Assembly (NCBI GenBank): GCA_046563655.1
Contig: CM102290.1
Location: 2,108,001 to 2,172,000, forward strand
Source: Yuukianura sp. NJ FZ-2021
Lineage: Eukaryota
Length of the DNA: 64,000 nt
Direction: 5' to 3'
The notes beneath the pieces were generated by a model. That model was not told the DNA's origin and searched no databases. It was given only the letters and a program-made list of their open reading frames with translations. Below are positions 50,483 through 64,000 of this stretch, piece by piece. Position 1 is the first letter of the stretch, and each line of letters opens with the position of its first letter. The position numbers and the translations under genes were made by a program.

Positions 50483-53400
50483 ATGCAACGAAAAAGTGCT
50501 CCCCCCGAACAAGGCGGAAGCCGGATTTCGACTGCCTACACTGAATTGCCGAATGGAACAGGAGCGATGTACTACGAGGCATCATCACAAGAAGAAGGAA
50601 TCGAAGTAAGATAAGGGCTTACTTTTCCAATGGAATATCTTTAGGTTAGGTAAACTTAACGAATATTATTGTTTATCCTTTCCAGGAGAAGACTTTATAC
50701 ATCTTAAGTATTCCATCGATCATCACACGCTGTACGTCATTATCCAAGTTACTTCGGACGACACATACGGTAGAGCTGCGAGAAATTTATCCACTGATAC
50801 TTCAGCATATCTTTGGATGGGACACATCCCCAGGTTGGCGACTGAGGACATTGAAACGGGAGTTGGCAGCACTGGAAATAGAAGAAATTATGAAGTTATT
50901 AAGACCGGAGGGACCGTTGATTGAACTTACGTATCGTCTTATGGGGGATCCAAATCTTCAATATGAGTTTCCTTCGTACGCCCTTCCAGTAAGCACATCT
51001 TATGCTTTTTAAACAGTTGTTTAAACGTTTGATGAGATTTCCGGTTGCTGTTAGGTTGGGCTTCAGAACAAACTCTCGAGTGCCGATGTTCCAGCTTACA
51101 TTGGAAGCAGACTGTCAGATGGAATTTATACGGGATCTTCAGCAAGCTACAGCTTACTATTGAGTATGTGTATTTCCAGTTTCTTATTCATAATTTCGGC
51201 CTCTTTGTTGTCCAATCAGACAGTTTTTTCTTAAATTTTTTCTATCTTTTTTGTCTTTTCCAGATCCCTTTGAGCTTTTCTTTTTCCATTATGCACATGC
51301 TGAGATACGACAAAATTTAGAGTCTCCCGCGCAAACCCTTGGTATGGGTGCACTAGGTGCGAACATTGCGGATTCTATCTACAGCGACTTGCTACATGAA
51401 TACTTGAACTACTTTGTACCCGCATCAGATGAGGTCAAAGTTCCACCTCCACTTCCAAACTCCGTAGTATACAGAAGTTCTTCAAAGCCGAATTTTATGC
51501 TTACACCATCGAAGCAATCGTAAGTTACGGACTACGAACGCAGCAATAATTAACTTTCTGCCGATGAAGTTTTATCATCTGGGTTCTTATATAGAAACAA
51601 TATGGCGACTGACGACGGTGACTTTGATCCACCAACAATTTTCAAGGCTTCGGTTTTTCAAAATGATGCAGTTTACCATGACTCGCCGCAGTTTAGTCCT
51701 CACAAAAATCCTTCCATGGATCCTGAGTTTTGGCGGACGGAAGCAGTTCTCAATATTCTCATCTCAATGTGGCTGTCTGTTGATGAAGATGATGCGGGCT
51801 ACAAATTTGTATTTCCAATGTTCATTTTTGAGAACCTTTTTTTTTACCTTTTATCAAAACTTGACTTATTTTTTGAATAGGGAACTGTTTTACCAACAGT
51901 CGAACTCGTCAAATCTGTACGGATGATCGTACGCCATTGGCACCTTTTCTCAAATGTCATAAATCGTTCGGTTCATCATCCAATGGAGGAACTTCGACGG
52001 TAACATTATACGCTAATGATAACACCATTTGTGAATAGTCTTAGAAATTATTCTGTTTTGGTTTACAGAAACATATTCCCGCTTTATCAAAAGAAATTGT
52101 ACCAGTTTCTTCGCTACATCTTTCCACGGTGGCCTTTGGATGCTTCCTTTCGTATCGTCTACGAAACTTGGTTGAGCTACATTCAACCTTGGCGATACAC
52201 TCAAAGCGGATCAGCAAGGTAAACATTTTAGGGGTTTCTAAACATGATGCTCCTCACATCAAAGTTTTTTTTTCTAACAGTCATATACTAAGTTTCCAGG
52301 AAGGAACTGTAGAAAAGTTATATTTAGAAATGCACAGCACAGCGTTGTAAGGACTTACTCTCTTTTTTTTTTGTTTCAGAGGTGCCGAGACTGATGCTTC
52401 TACTCACCCCTGGAACCTGGATGCTACGCAATGTAACTTCGTTCTGGAAAATCTGCCCTTCTACACTTGTCTCTTCCAACATGTTCTAACACGTCTCACT
52501 CGAGCTGACTTTACTGCTCTCCGCAACGCTCACATGTTGTATCGGATTACCAAAATCTATTGTGGTATTGAAAACCTGCGCTCAGTGCTCTACGAAATGG
52601 AAAAACGGATTCTCACTGACTCGTCTCTCGACGGTTCTGGTTCTTACTTCAAGTGGAACTTTGGAGACGAGTCTTCAAATTCCCTTCTGGACTCGGGTTC
52701 GTTTTTTGCTAGCTTCGATAGCAGTTTTAGCAGCCCGGGATTCAACTCCTCCAATTCCTTTTCGAGTCTACCATTTGTCCCGACCGGTGTCAAGTTGGCA
52801 ACTGTGAAGCAAGTTATGGCAGAATTGGAATCACAAGTACAAGACTCCACTTACGTCCCGCTCTTTTCAAAACACAATCGAGACAAGGTAATTCGTTAGT
52901 TTGTCTTTCAGTGTTTGTTCTGTATAGTATAAATAACCTGAATCTGACTTTCTAGGTTGCTGAATTGGTGGAAGCTATTTGTCACATTATCAAGATGTGT
53001 GAGGTACAGCCGAGTCCAACCGAACCAGAACTAGAACAGAACAGTGTATGGGACAAAATCAAACGCTGGTTTATGTCTGATTCGAATTCAACAAAAGAGC
53101 CGGATTACAATAGTACAGCGGAAGTACAGAAGCGAGTCCAGCTCTTGATATTGTCCAGGAACAACCTTATGAAATTGTTCAACGTGAGTCATTTCCAAAT
53201 TCAAATCAGGTTACTAAATCTGTTTCGTCAACTCATTTTTTTTTGTTAGTTGCCAAGTCCAATTTCTACCGAATGTCCGGTACACGGAAATGCGGGTGGC
53301 CGTGGTTCCAATGAGATTGGGAATGTATCAATGAATTCAACTAATTCCTATGGACACGAGGAAAATGAGGTTTACGTCTCAAGTGGAGTGTGTTTTGTAC

Positions 53401-53998
53401 CGAAAGGCACAATTCCTGGTGGATACTTGGATCTTCGCAATGGAAATCCAGACACCGCACCAGCACAGTCATATGAAAGTAGACTTGCCGTTGAATGTGC
53501 AAAAGTGCTTTCAAAATATTTGAATCGTTGGGTAAACGTTTTCATATTATTGGCAAATTATAGCCGATCTTCACTAATATTGTGAATTGAACGTTTCAGG
53601 TTACCCCTTCGATTCAAACTGCCTACTTCCTGGATACTTGGAAGGGAAGGCTCTGTAGAGCTATATTGGCTAGACCTGAGTACTACTACGAACTCAAGAA
53701 GTTCCAACCAGGCAAAAGCGTTCGTGAAAAAAAGTATCTCCCGCCAAGACTCAACTTCCGTGTTTTTGCGTCAATGAATACTCCATATGTCCTCATTGCC
53801 TACGCACTACTCTGTTGGTTCTTTGGAATCGGAGGCTGGAATGTAGTTCATGTTCCTTGTTTCTTGGTCTTTGTCTACATTTTGATGCGAGCTCTTCTGG
53901 AACCAAAGCATTTCCTCCCCCGCGTCCGCTACGAGTTTGCGCAGTATGCTCAAGCATCCGAAACTTCAAACAATACTGGAGGTCTCAAACAGGATTAA
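50483..53998 (+). CDS. SMPD4: Sphingomyelin phosphodiesterase 4 (nSMase3)-like, multi-exon
   Basis: Exonic motifs [110 protein letters not shown] and a C-terminal hydrophobic anchor. The start codon is inferred. Confidence 0.92.
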
Positions 53999-55951
53999 GC
54001 CTATGTCTCTCAAACTCTGCTGTACCAGGCTGTACCCGGGTGAAATCTAACGAACTTAAAAAGTATTTCCAGTTACTCTTTAAATAAAAATTGTGATTTT
54101 TGGTTATGTTAAAGGCTGTGTAAATCCGGGTTTTTGTAATTTGTAAACTGGAGAGGGACATGAGATGAGGCCAGTACTAAAAAGAGCATTTATGGTCTCC
54201 CACCCGCTCTTCCAGTGTTAAGGTGCAATGAAAAATTAACTGAACAACTTTTTTTTTAAATACATTTTGTAAAAGATAAATTAATTACATGATATTCTAG
54301 GAAATTTAACAAAATTCTGCAAAAGTTAATAAAAGTAGTTAATGGGAAAGTTTTGTTGAAACGAGCCGTCTGACGCGGAGCAAACCTCACCGCCATTTAT
54401 TACTTTTCATATTTCTCTTGGTTTGAATTCCCTTTTTTATTATATACCTCTCCCTCTACCCTATCTAGCTAAAACAACTACGCGTCAAACAGGTTCGGCG
54501 TAACTTAACTTATACTTTGTCAAGTTGTTTGAGATTTAAAATCATTACAATTAAATGATTAAGCCCAAAATATGCACAATAATCATTGCGTGCTTGTTAA
54601 AATTTTGAGCTGAGATGCAATTATTAGATAAAACAGACAAGAATTAACACACTGGCCACCATAATACGAACTATTTAACCCAAATTTAAAAAAAAAATGG
54701 TCATTTCAATTTATTCTACGTTATCTACAACATAACCTGACTTTTTTTTTGACAAATTTCATAAATTTAAGTTTTAAATTATTCTGCTACCAATGACGCT
54801 AATCGTTCCCTACCCTAACATTTTTCACCCCAAAAACTACCCAAACGGTGCGTTTTTGTCCGAACTTTTTTGTCGGACTCGGATGGTGCTCTGCTAACTT
54901 GTGGTGTGAGTTTGCTGCTGCGTCTCGTCGCCACTCGCCAGTTGAATAATTTTTGGAAGAGAAGGAAAAGGCTAGAGTGCGGTATATGTTCGTACCCCTA
55001 AATACATAAGTCTATAGGTTTCTTCGGAGGATACAAGCAGATCTTGTCAAGTCCGAGTCCGATTTTCTGAAAGCGGCCAATGCAAGGACATAAACTTACC
55101 TCCAAGGCAAGGACTCATCATTACAACACTTTCTACCGTAAGTCCGGACGAACTTCCATCAAGTCGTCCGTTGGGTCACTTCAAACTCTCTTTAAATAAG
55201 GGCCCACTACGTACGAAACGATTTTACCCAAGTCCCTACATTGAATTTGGTCAGAGTCTTGGACACTGATAAACATTATGGTTTACGGGTATTTGTATTA
55301 CAGAGAACCAACCAGTGAGTTCCTACATTTTAAAGTCAGAGTGAATTTAGAATTAGAAAACAGTTGGTTACTTTCAATATCCCTAAAAACTTACTTTTCT
55401 CTTCCTCGTTAAATTTTTGAAAGGAACTTAAGGTCAAAACATAACACAGGTTGTACACACAGATTCCTATGTTATGGTATTACACATTTCTGTTGTAAAA
55501 CCTAAACATATCTTACCTAACGTTACTTGATTTTAACAATACAACTTTGGTTGTTGATTGATTCATAGGAAAATTGAAGTTGACTTTCGAATGCACAAAC
55601 TACTAAGATTCCATCGACTTTTTTAAACCACCAATTGGCTCATCCATTCCAGTTTGAGAGGTCAACGTTTAAGTTGGCGTGTGGGTCATATGACCCGTGG
55701 GAACATCCCACCCAACTGCCCTTTTCGGTTTCCATATTTTAAAATGTAAGTGTGACTACTTCAACTTGCTCAAATGAAAAGTAATCAACTGAAATTTAAC
55801 TGACTGACTCAAATTCCTTTATATAGGATTCCATGGACCGATAGGAAGAGGCCGAAGGTGTGAACTCTATAAAGTATGGTTGTTGCTGAAGGAGGGTAAT
55901 TATCCTTCTAGAAGCAAAGAAATTCTTTTGACCATTGCCCCTCCCTGGGTC

Positions 55952-58900
55952 ATGTCCTCTGCTGTCAAACGAGTACATGACGACTCCGTTGTTGGAAGTG
56001 TTGCTACGTCAAATCCCGAAAATGGACCGCCACCGATCAAAAAGAAATTAGTTTACGAACCTACACGTATTGGTCCCGTCTCTACCCTTGAGGAATTGGA
56101 CATTGAAGTTTTGAAATTCCAGTACAAGAAAATCAAACAGGTATACCAACAGGATTTGTCTGGACATCGACTCCACTTGTCTCGATAAACGACGGGCTAA
56201 CGTTTCTTGTTTCTTTGTTACTCTTTTCAGCGGCTCGAGCAAAGAATCCGATTTGAAGGTGTACTACAAGAACGTATTGAACAACTCGAAAAGCGTCAGA
56301 CTCAAGATGATGCCGTCCTCAACGTTATTAATCGTTACTGGAATCAACTCAATGAAGATATCAGAATACTGCTGCAGAGGTTTGACGCGGAAACATCGGA
56401 TGAGTCGGAAAGTAAAAGTAAGCGGAGAACAGCTGATTCAGGAAACTAAAACATTAGCAAGTAACTGACCTCTCCGTTCCTTCACACTTCCGGTATTTCC
56501 TGAATACTGTCCAGCACCCTCACACTCACGTTTCTCTCTAAAACCGTTTCCCATTCAGATTCAATACTTATTAGAATTCCAAACTGAAAATCCTTAAATA
56601 TCATGCATGAAGATGTTCCGCTCTCCACGAAACTGGAAACCTCCGCTAAATCTTGGTTGAATAACTCTGAAAATTGTTTTCAGATGAAAGTCATGCCACT
56701 ACATCCTTCCTGACCCAACTTTCAACATGGGACAAGGACGAATTGGACGAAAAGCTAGCCAACAGAGTTCTGGTAATTCAAATTCATAGACTCGCAAACA
56801 TGCAACTAACGCAATATTCTTGTTCAGTCAACCTAAACCAACGTTCATTTTCAGGTATCAACAAGAGCAGTTTCGAAGATTGTCCAAGCCTTCGATCGCC
56901 TTCAACAACGCAGCTCGAAGCTAAAAGATACTCTGGAAAAGACTTCTGGTAAGGATTGACTTGTTCAAACTTGCGTTTACTCTAATTCTACGATATGACG
57001 GTGATGATGACCAACATGTTTTCAATTTTTAGCAGACATGGATATAAACACTGCACTGAAGGAAACCAATATACAATTAGAACTGGAAAATACCAGAGTC
57101 CAGGCCTTAGCTACGGCACTACACGAACGCAATCGAGCACTATCTTTGCAGGTAACCAATTAGAATCGTCTAAATAGGAAACACATTTACACATCCTCAC
57201 TAACTTTTCTCCTAAAATCCTTCTATAATCATTACAGATGAAAGAAGTACACGAAAAATTAAACTCAGAGGAAACCAAAACTGACGAATTGAAAAACCAA
57301 GTTGACGACCTAAGTTGGGAAATATCCAAACTAGTGAATTCAAATGACAAACTTTCCAACACAATGCAGGAACTGCTAGACAAAAATAAACGACTACAAC
57401 AAATGTACGGACCGGAAGACAGCAAGGAGTCTACCTATAACGATCGGAAGTTAGGCGTGAGTGATATAGAAATTATCAATCTACAAAAGGATAATGAAGA
57501 ACTACGGGAACTAGCAAATAATAGGCTTCAAGAGCTCGAGAAGCTCCATCACACCCACCGTGAAACCGTCAAAGAACTCGAAAAACTAAGGATGGACGTA
57601 AGTCAAACATAGCATATGAAAATAAACTTCATAAAATTGGGAAGTATATTCTCACTTTTACATTTTTCCAACTCATATTTTGAAAATCATTTTTGAAAAA
57701 CGTTTTTTCAGATGCATACACTACCAGAGTCCGTAATAATAGAGACGACGGAGTATCTGGCTCTCCAATCCAAGTTTTCAGTTGTGTACAATGATGCTCT
57801 GGTCCTTCGACAAAATCTGGACGAAGCTAAAACCAGCCTATGTACTCTACGAACCTCTCATCTAAAAACGATTGAGCAAATGGAGGTTCGACATCAAAAT
57901 TTTCTTATTTCCTCCATCTAGTAATCTGTTACTGACGATTTTCCTTTTATTGTCAATTAGAGTGAAGAGTTACTTGGGCAGAAGAAGCTAAGGACGGAAG
58001 TGATCCAATTGGAGGACATGCTAAGTCAAGTGCGGAAGGAATACGAGATGCTGAGGATTGAGTTTGAGCAAAACCTTGCAGCGAATGAGCAAACGGGACC
58101 AATTAACCGAGAAATGCGCCACCTCATTACATCGCTGCAGAATCATAATCAGCAGCTCAAAGGGGATGCCCATCGCTACAGGAAAAAGTACAAGGAGATC
58201 TTCAACGACTACACAAAGGTTGGTTCAAAAAAATACTTGCTTGTTGATGCCACGAAAGAACTCATGTAAAACGTGTTTCCTAATTGAATACAGGCGAAAA
58301 GGAAATGTGACGAACTGGAACTCCGGTTGCACAGTGTACTAGCAAAAGACGGGCTGGACTTGGACGGAGGTTTGGATGGCTACCGAGATAATGACGACGA
58401 GTCTCCTACCTCATCCATGAAACTAGAACCAATCTCTCCAACAGATCATATGAGCAAGACCAGCGAAGATTCGTCGAACGAAGTAAGTAAAAGCATAAAA
58501 TCCTAATTGGTAACACAACTACTAACTCCGTTGTTTGATTTCCAGGAACTTCCTGAGTACACCAAAAGTGAAATGAGGGAAGCCTTTAAGAATTACAAAG
58601 TTTTGGAAGACAACAATAAAGGCCTTCTGAAGCAAGTCAAAGAACTGACACTTCGAGAGCGGGAACTCAAGTTGCTCCTGGACATGTACAAGTCAACTGG
58701 GAAGGAGGGACGAGACAAGGCAGAAATCATGGCATCTGAGAAGAAGATGCGAATTGAGCTGGAGGACTGCAAAGCCCTCTTAGCAAAGTTACAAGAGAGT
58801 CGGAGGGAAGAAAAGAAGAAACTGGCAGACGAGGAGGCGTTACGTAAAATTAAACTGCTAGAAGATCATGTTCTTTCTCTTCAACGTCAAGTGTCAGCTC

Positions 58901-59823
58901 AAAAGTCCGAAGAGGAAGCTCTCATTACTGAAATGGAGGTCACAGGTCAAGCATTTGAAGACATGCAGGAACAGAATTCCCGTGTCATTCAACAACTCCG
59001 AGAAAAGGATGACGCTAACTTTAAGTTACTCTCTGAGAAGATTAAATCCAATCAACTTCATAAACTGTCTCGAGAAGAGCGGGATCTACTACAAGAGCGG
59101 GTATGTTTACCGTAGTTTCAATTGGAATTTTAGTGATAAGAGTAAAAGTGACTTACGTTTTTCCAATTTTTCCAGATTAAATCTTTGTCCAAGCAAGTCG
59201 AGGCGCAGAACCAAGTTGTCCGTAAACTGGAAGAGAAGGAAAGAGTATTACTGACGACTCTAGCACAGACTGACAAGGAGAGTATCGTTAGAATTCAATC
59301 CTGTGAGCTTAGTAAGCGCAAGGCCATCGAAAGTGCACAATCCGCTGCAGATTTAAAGCTACATTTAGGTAACCTATAGTTTACTACTTACTTAACATAA
59401 CATTTATCATATTCTATAGCTAAATCCTAACTATTTTTTCCATTTACAGAGAAATATCATTCTCAGATGAAAGACGCTCAACAAACGGTAGCCGAGAAGA
59501 CGAGTGCACTGGAAGCCGAATCTTTCAAAACTCGTCGACTTCAAGAGGAAATTGCAATGCTAAAACGTCGAGTAGAAAAACTGAATAAGATCGAAATGGC
59601 AGGAAGTACGGACGAAGTGATGCTGGAGGAGATCCGAGAATACAAAGAGCTCCTCACATGCCCATCTTGTAAAGTGAAACGGAAAGATGCTGTTCTCAAC
59701 AAGTGCTTCCATGTCTTCTGCTTTGACTGCATTCGAACTCGTTACGAAACAAGACAACGGAAGTGTCCCAAGTGTAATGCTGGATTTGGTGCAAATGACT
59801 ACCATCGACTTTATCTCACATAG
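55952..59823 (+). CDS. Bre1: E3 ubiquitin-protein ligase Bre1 (RNF20/40 orthologue), multi-exon
   Basis: [83 protein letters not shown], and a C-terminal RING CPSCK...CFHVFCFDC...CPKC...DYHRLYLT*. Confidence 0.97.
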
Positions 59824-61065
59824 CACACTTTTTTAAATATCCAAAAATCGGAGTCGGATCCGAATCTGAGTCGCCATGCCCCTTTAAACCCGCCCTGCTC
59901 GTACCCACCCGCCGTGTTTCCCCCGCCCCCGCCCCTCCTCTTTCTTATAAAACTTAGGTTAACGTTGATAGGTTTTTGACAATGCTGACTAGCTGCTCCT
60001 TTTCGTTGACTCACTCTAAACAAGTGTTAGAACATAGTTTTAAGTCAAATAATTAATATATGTAGAATATATAATTGTACACTAGCCTAAGACATGACTA
60101 AATATTGTTGATATTGTAAATACATTTACTACTTGCTAATTAACTAATTTGCGACTTGCAACATCCACAGTTTTGCCACCATTTACAACTAGCAGTTAAA
60201 GCCTAGTGTTAAGTATTATAAAAATAATTCAAATGATGATAATGAACTATAGGAAAAAGAGGTCAGTCTGTTCTTTGCCTCAAGTAAAAATCAAAGCACT
60301 CTCTGGAGAATAACTCGCTGTTTTTTCAAACATTAAAACCAGTTTCTGTTGACTTTGACATTTTTTCAAAATCGTTTTGGTTTTTCCTTGATTCGGTTCG
60401 GATCCTGAAATCTATTTAAGCATTTGCGCATCTTCGATCTGAACTTGATCATAAACGCTCTCCAAAAAACAATTATTGTAGTGGTTCCATACCATTTCGT
60501 CGAATGAATTGCTGCGAATGAATTTAGTACTTCGAAAAGTAATTCATTCGACGAAATTGCGTGCTACCATTGTAGAAGCATAATTTTTTTTTTTTTTGCT
60601 AATTCATGAAAAATTATCAACATAAGGCAGTTTTGTTATCTATTTTTTTTATGTTAGACGGAATAGCTTATGTGTGCTAAATTGCGGCGTGGGAATTTAT
60701 TTATGTTTTGACCAGGGGTGAATGGACTCTTGTGGGGGATTCTGCCTATGGTGGGTTCTAGAGATGGGATGAGGTATAGGCAGTTCCAACGAGTCAAAAT
60801 AAGCACAAAAGGAAGGCAAGAGGTCTGCAGAGCATATTATCTGTGTCAAAAAACTAAATCACACAGATCAGATCTGCTAGTTCAGAGTGAATTAATTGGT
60901 TGTTGCTAAAGTGTGTGAATTAGTGGTGCATGTAATCGTATTAAGTTCGTGGCAGCGCGGGAACTAAGCAGGTTAAAACTAACAACTGTTGACAGCCTCC
61001 ATTTTGAAATTACGACAAAGTTTTGGAAGAAGATTGGGCTGAAGAGGTAACTTTGTGGAAGTAAG

Positions 61066-61758
61066 ATGTCAAGGTCAGTTAGAGCAGAAACAAGAAGTAG
61101 AGCTAAGGATGACATCAAACGGGTCATGCAAGTGGTGGACAAAGTTAGGCATTGGTAAGCAAAGCCGTCGCCCTTTTCTCAAAAAAAAATATTAAGCAGT
61201 CAGGTTTTTCAAACTACTTGAAGCAGAAGAAGCTTAGTTCAGGCTAGATTGGTAATAATTTTGAAAAAATTGCCAGGGAGAAGAAATGGGTAACCCTCGG
61301 TGATACGACAATGAAAATCTACAAATGGGTTCCTGTCATGACATCGTCAGAGGTAAGTCGTCGACTAGTTAATACTAAAGTACTGGGATGCTGCCTATTA
61401 TTTGCGTCTTCTTTTAAAAACTGTGATAAAACATATCTGACCTGTCTATTGTGGTCTGTCCATTCCAGAAGAAGAAGAAGGAGCAGAGTATAAAGGAGGC
61501 CATGGTCACAGATCAAATTCCAGCTAGCGTAGTACTTGGAGAGGACTCGAACACAAGTACCTAAAATAAACAGAACAGCATTTAACACTTACATCTGTTA
61601 CAGTGAATACCAAAGCCATACTAATTGATGTTCTGATTAATTAAGGTTTCTCTGTAACGAGTGATTCCCAGGGGACAATGGATTTTTTGAATGGCCAATT
61701 CCCTAGCGAGGACTCTCAGAGCGGAGAGGCTACAAGTCTCGGCAATCGAAAGCCCTAA
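61066..61758 (+). CDS. BCL7: BCL7 family (SWI/SNF subunit), 121 aa; exons 61066-61154, 61277-61352, 61469-61556, 61646-61758
   Basis: [50 protein letters not shown] is the BCL7 N-terminal signature; missed by the ORF track because the exons are short. Confidence 0.95.
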
Positions 61759-63609
61759 TAACTTCAATGTCAAGTCAACAACTACGGAAATGCTGAAATC
61801 AATGTCAAACATTATAGTACTTACCTGGGCTATCGAGAATCTGCAGCGTGTAGTTCAATGGATCTCACCCTCTCATCATCACAACGTTGTCATTGTCAAT
61901 GTCAACCAATCCCATCTTCTTATAAGCTCCTTCTTCCAATTCCTTCAAGATGAGTGATACGTAACGTTTATAATGAATGGCAAACCTTAACGGTTGCATG
62001 CAGGAGTAAGCAGGTCACAGTGACACAGGCACAAGTCTTTAGATCTTGAAATTATCAATAATCGTTGATGAAGTTCATGTTCAAAGGTCTCCTCGTCCGT
62101 GTCCCTCTGCCCTAAAGGATCATAAGAACTGTTAGATGTAAGGTATGAAGTCAAGCCAAGAAATAATTGTCATATATAGTTTTAATTAACCCTTAAGCTT
62201 AATCTTACCAACCACTGATTGATCAGTGTCTACAATCATGTTATAGTCCTATCATTTTTAGAACTTTAGAACGAATCACTTGTTTTCTATCTTAACAATG
62301 TACGACTACGAGGGATTTTTGGCCTCCATTGGTTCTGTTCGTCTTCAAAACACTTAACTTAACTTAACACTAACTCAATTATGACAAATTTCACTCATTG
62401 TTTATGATTAGTTTCGTTCAGAGTTTCAATTACTTTTGGATAACTCTGTTTTACTTTGTTTAATACTCTACTTTCGAAGAACCCCCGAAATAAAGGAACC
62501 GAATTCTTGGACTTCCTTTATCCTAGACAGTGTGTCGTCTCAAGTTAGTCCTAATTATGTTACCGGTATTCAAACAGTCTTTGTTCACCGGTTTTCGTCT
62601 GCCACTTATATGCCGTTGACCATCTTCGGGAGTAACAGTAACAGTAAGCTTTTTATGTTAGTTAACAATTAATTAGGTACTACGTTATAAACTTGGACGC
62701 CATTTTGCGTCGGCGCATTTTCTTCTGGCGCTGTGTCCAGCGTATTGGCGGGCAAGCGGCCCCTTAGCTTTAATTTTTCAATAGGCGAGGCCGCAGGTTT
62801 TTTTTAACAACAATAGTAGTGGTGGGGTGGTATTTTAACACTAAAAAAGGACTTTATTTAACTTAAAAGTTATTTTTTTAAAAATGAGTTTCACTTCTTT
62901 CATCTCGCTTGTGCAAAGCTACCAAGGTTTTTTTTTTAGCCAAATTGTTAAATATTTGCCCCTCGGAAGAGTATTATATATTTACATTTATTTTTTTAAC
63001 TAGTTTATCAAAATTATTATAAAACTCTCTAAACTACCTTTAAAATTAACAAATGCGAGAAGTTCCTTCATTCTATTCATCAGGTTTCTGCTTTCACTCT
63101 CATCCCTTTCCCCATACAAGCCAAAATCAAAATCATTTCAAACCTAATTTTTCCAACAACGCGTCAGATCACAGTAGAGGCATCAAACTAATGTTAAAAA
63201 GTATATATTATCAAGTATAAAAAATTTAAAAAATTGAATTATTAGAGCAAAAAAAAATGTTTTTTAAAGCTTGTTGATTTATTATCTATCGCTTTTCTAG
63301 AACAAATAAAACTACTTCAGTTTAACGTACTAAACAAAAACAAAAACAATTATGTTTCCCCTAATTTGTTAATAAATTATTAACAAATTAGTATTATATT
63401 TTGAATATATTAATATATTCTGTGTAAACAAATTTGTAATACTATTTAGTAAATACTAGGCAGTCTAATCCCGAATTAGTTGAGCGTGAACTGTGCGGTG
63501 CAAAACTCTGAACTTGGTCCCTCGCATGGGCACGGTGTGGCGGTTTGGTTGGCGTGTTTTTTTTTTTTTTGATCCAGAGCATAGGAACCGAACCCAGGCA
63601 AAACTGAGC

Positions 63610-64000
63610 TCATCTGGCGCCTGGGCAATTCACTTTCATTTTCAGCTCAATCCTCTCACTCCTCTTTTTGTATCCCTCGCTCACTTCTATTGCAACAGTC
63701 ACAAGGGAAACATAAACTGTTACTGGATTCACCGTCTCATTCCAAAAACTAATTAATACTCAATTACCCCCACTACTGGACCCTTCAGCAGCAGCAAGTG
63801 CACTGGAAAGGGGACTGGAATTGAATGATCTTGGATATTCGGCAAAGTGTACTGGAAAAGAGGTAATTGAGATTGAACTAACAAGTGACTGTTGTTGTCC
63901 AAATGAATTTTGTAGAAAAATCAATGGGTTAATTCCCCCCCTTTGCTCCACTATACATACACCTCGCCTTACCTCGTGCTGCGCCTCTCCTCAACTCGTC
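63610..64000 (-). CDS. 3' end of an unidentified gene extending beyond the window; exons 64000-63973, 63851-63768, 63686-63610
   Basis: Three segments join in phase 1 via GT-AG introns: DELRRGAAR|VHFAEYPRSFNSSPLSSALAAAEGSSSG|EVSEGYKKRSERIELKMKVNCPGAR*. Confidence 0.5.

Noticed and set aside
54147..54216. SECIS element (ATGA...AAA stem-loop near a selenium gene)
   Set aside because: The 3' strand opposite ATGA reads CTC rather than GA, so no kink-turn quartet forms; no in-frame TGA was seen in SMPD4.

Overview
AT-rich, intron-containing eukaryotic DNA. The gene content and short GT-AG introns point to an arthropod, plausibly a springtail-like hexapod (inference). Hand-spliced genes, left to right: the 3' part of an alpha2-adrenergic-like octopamine receptor (+); an uncharacterised 279-aa protein (-); a signal-peptide/coiled-coil/MATH protein (+); two convergent spondin-2/mindin-like paralogs (+/-); then a dense housekeeping block of SepSecS (-), SMPD4 (+), Bre1 (+), BCL7 (+) and the 3' end of an unidentified gene (-). 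The 3-48 kb region holds about 15 non-autonomous hAT-type MITEs (CAAGG/CAGGG ends, 8-bp target-site duplications), three of them nested inside other foldback elements. It also has a striking density of paired AGGTCA nuclear-receptor elements, including two perfect ecdysone-type IR1 sites. Most notable: SepSecS with a 140-aa basic/RS/Pro-rich N-terminal extension, a TSP1-less spondin paralog with heavy intron turnover relative to its neighbour, an apparently secreted TRAF-like MATH protein, and a possible dual-coding exon. No rRNA, tRNA, CRISPR array or autonomous transposase was recognised. I cannot claim a wholly new system from sequence alone.
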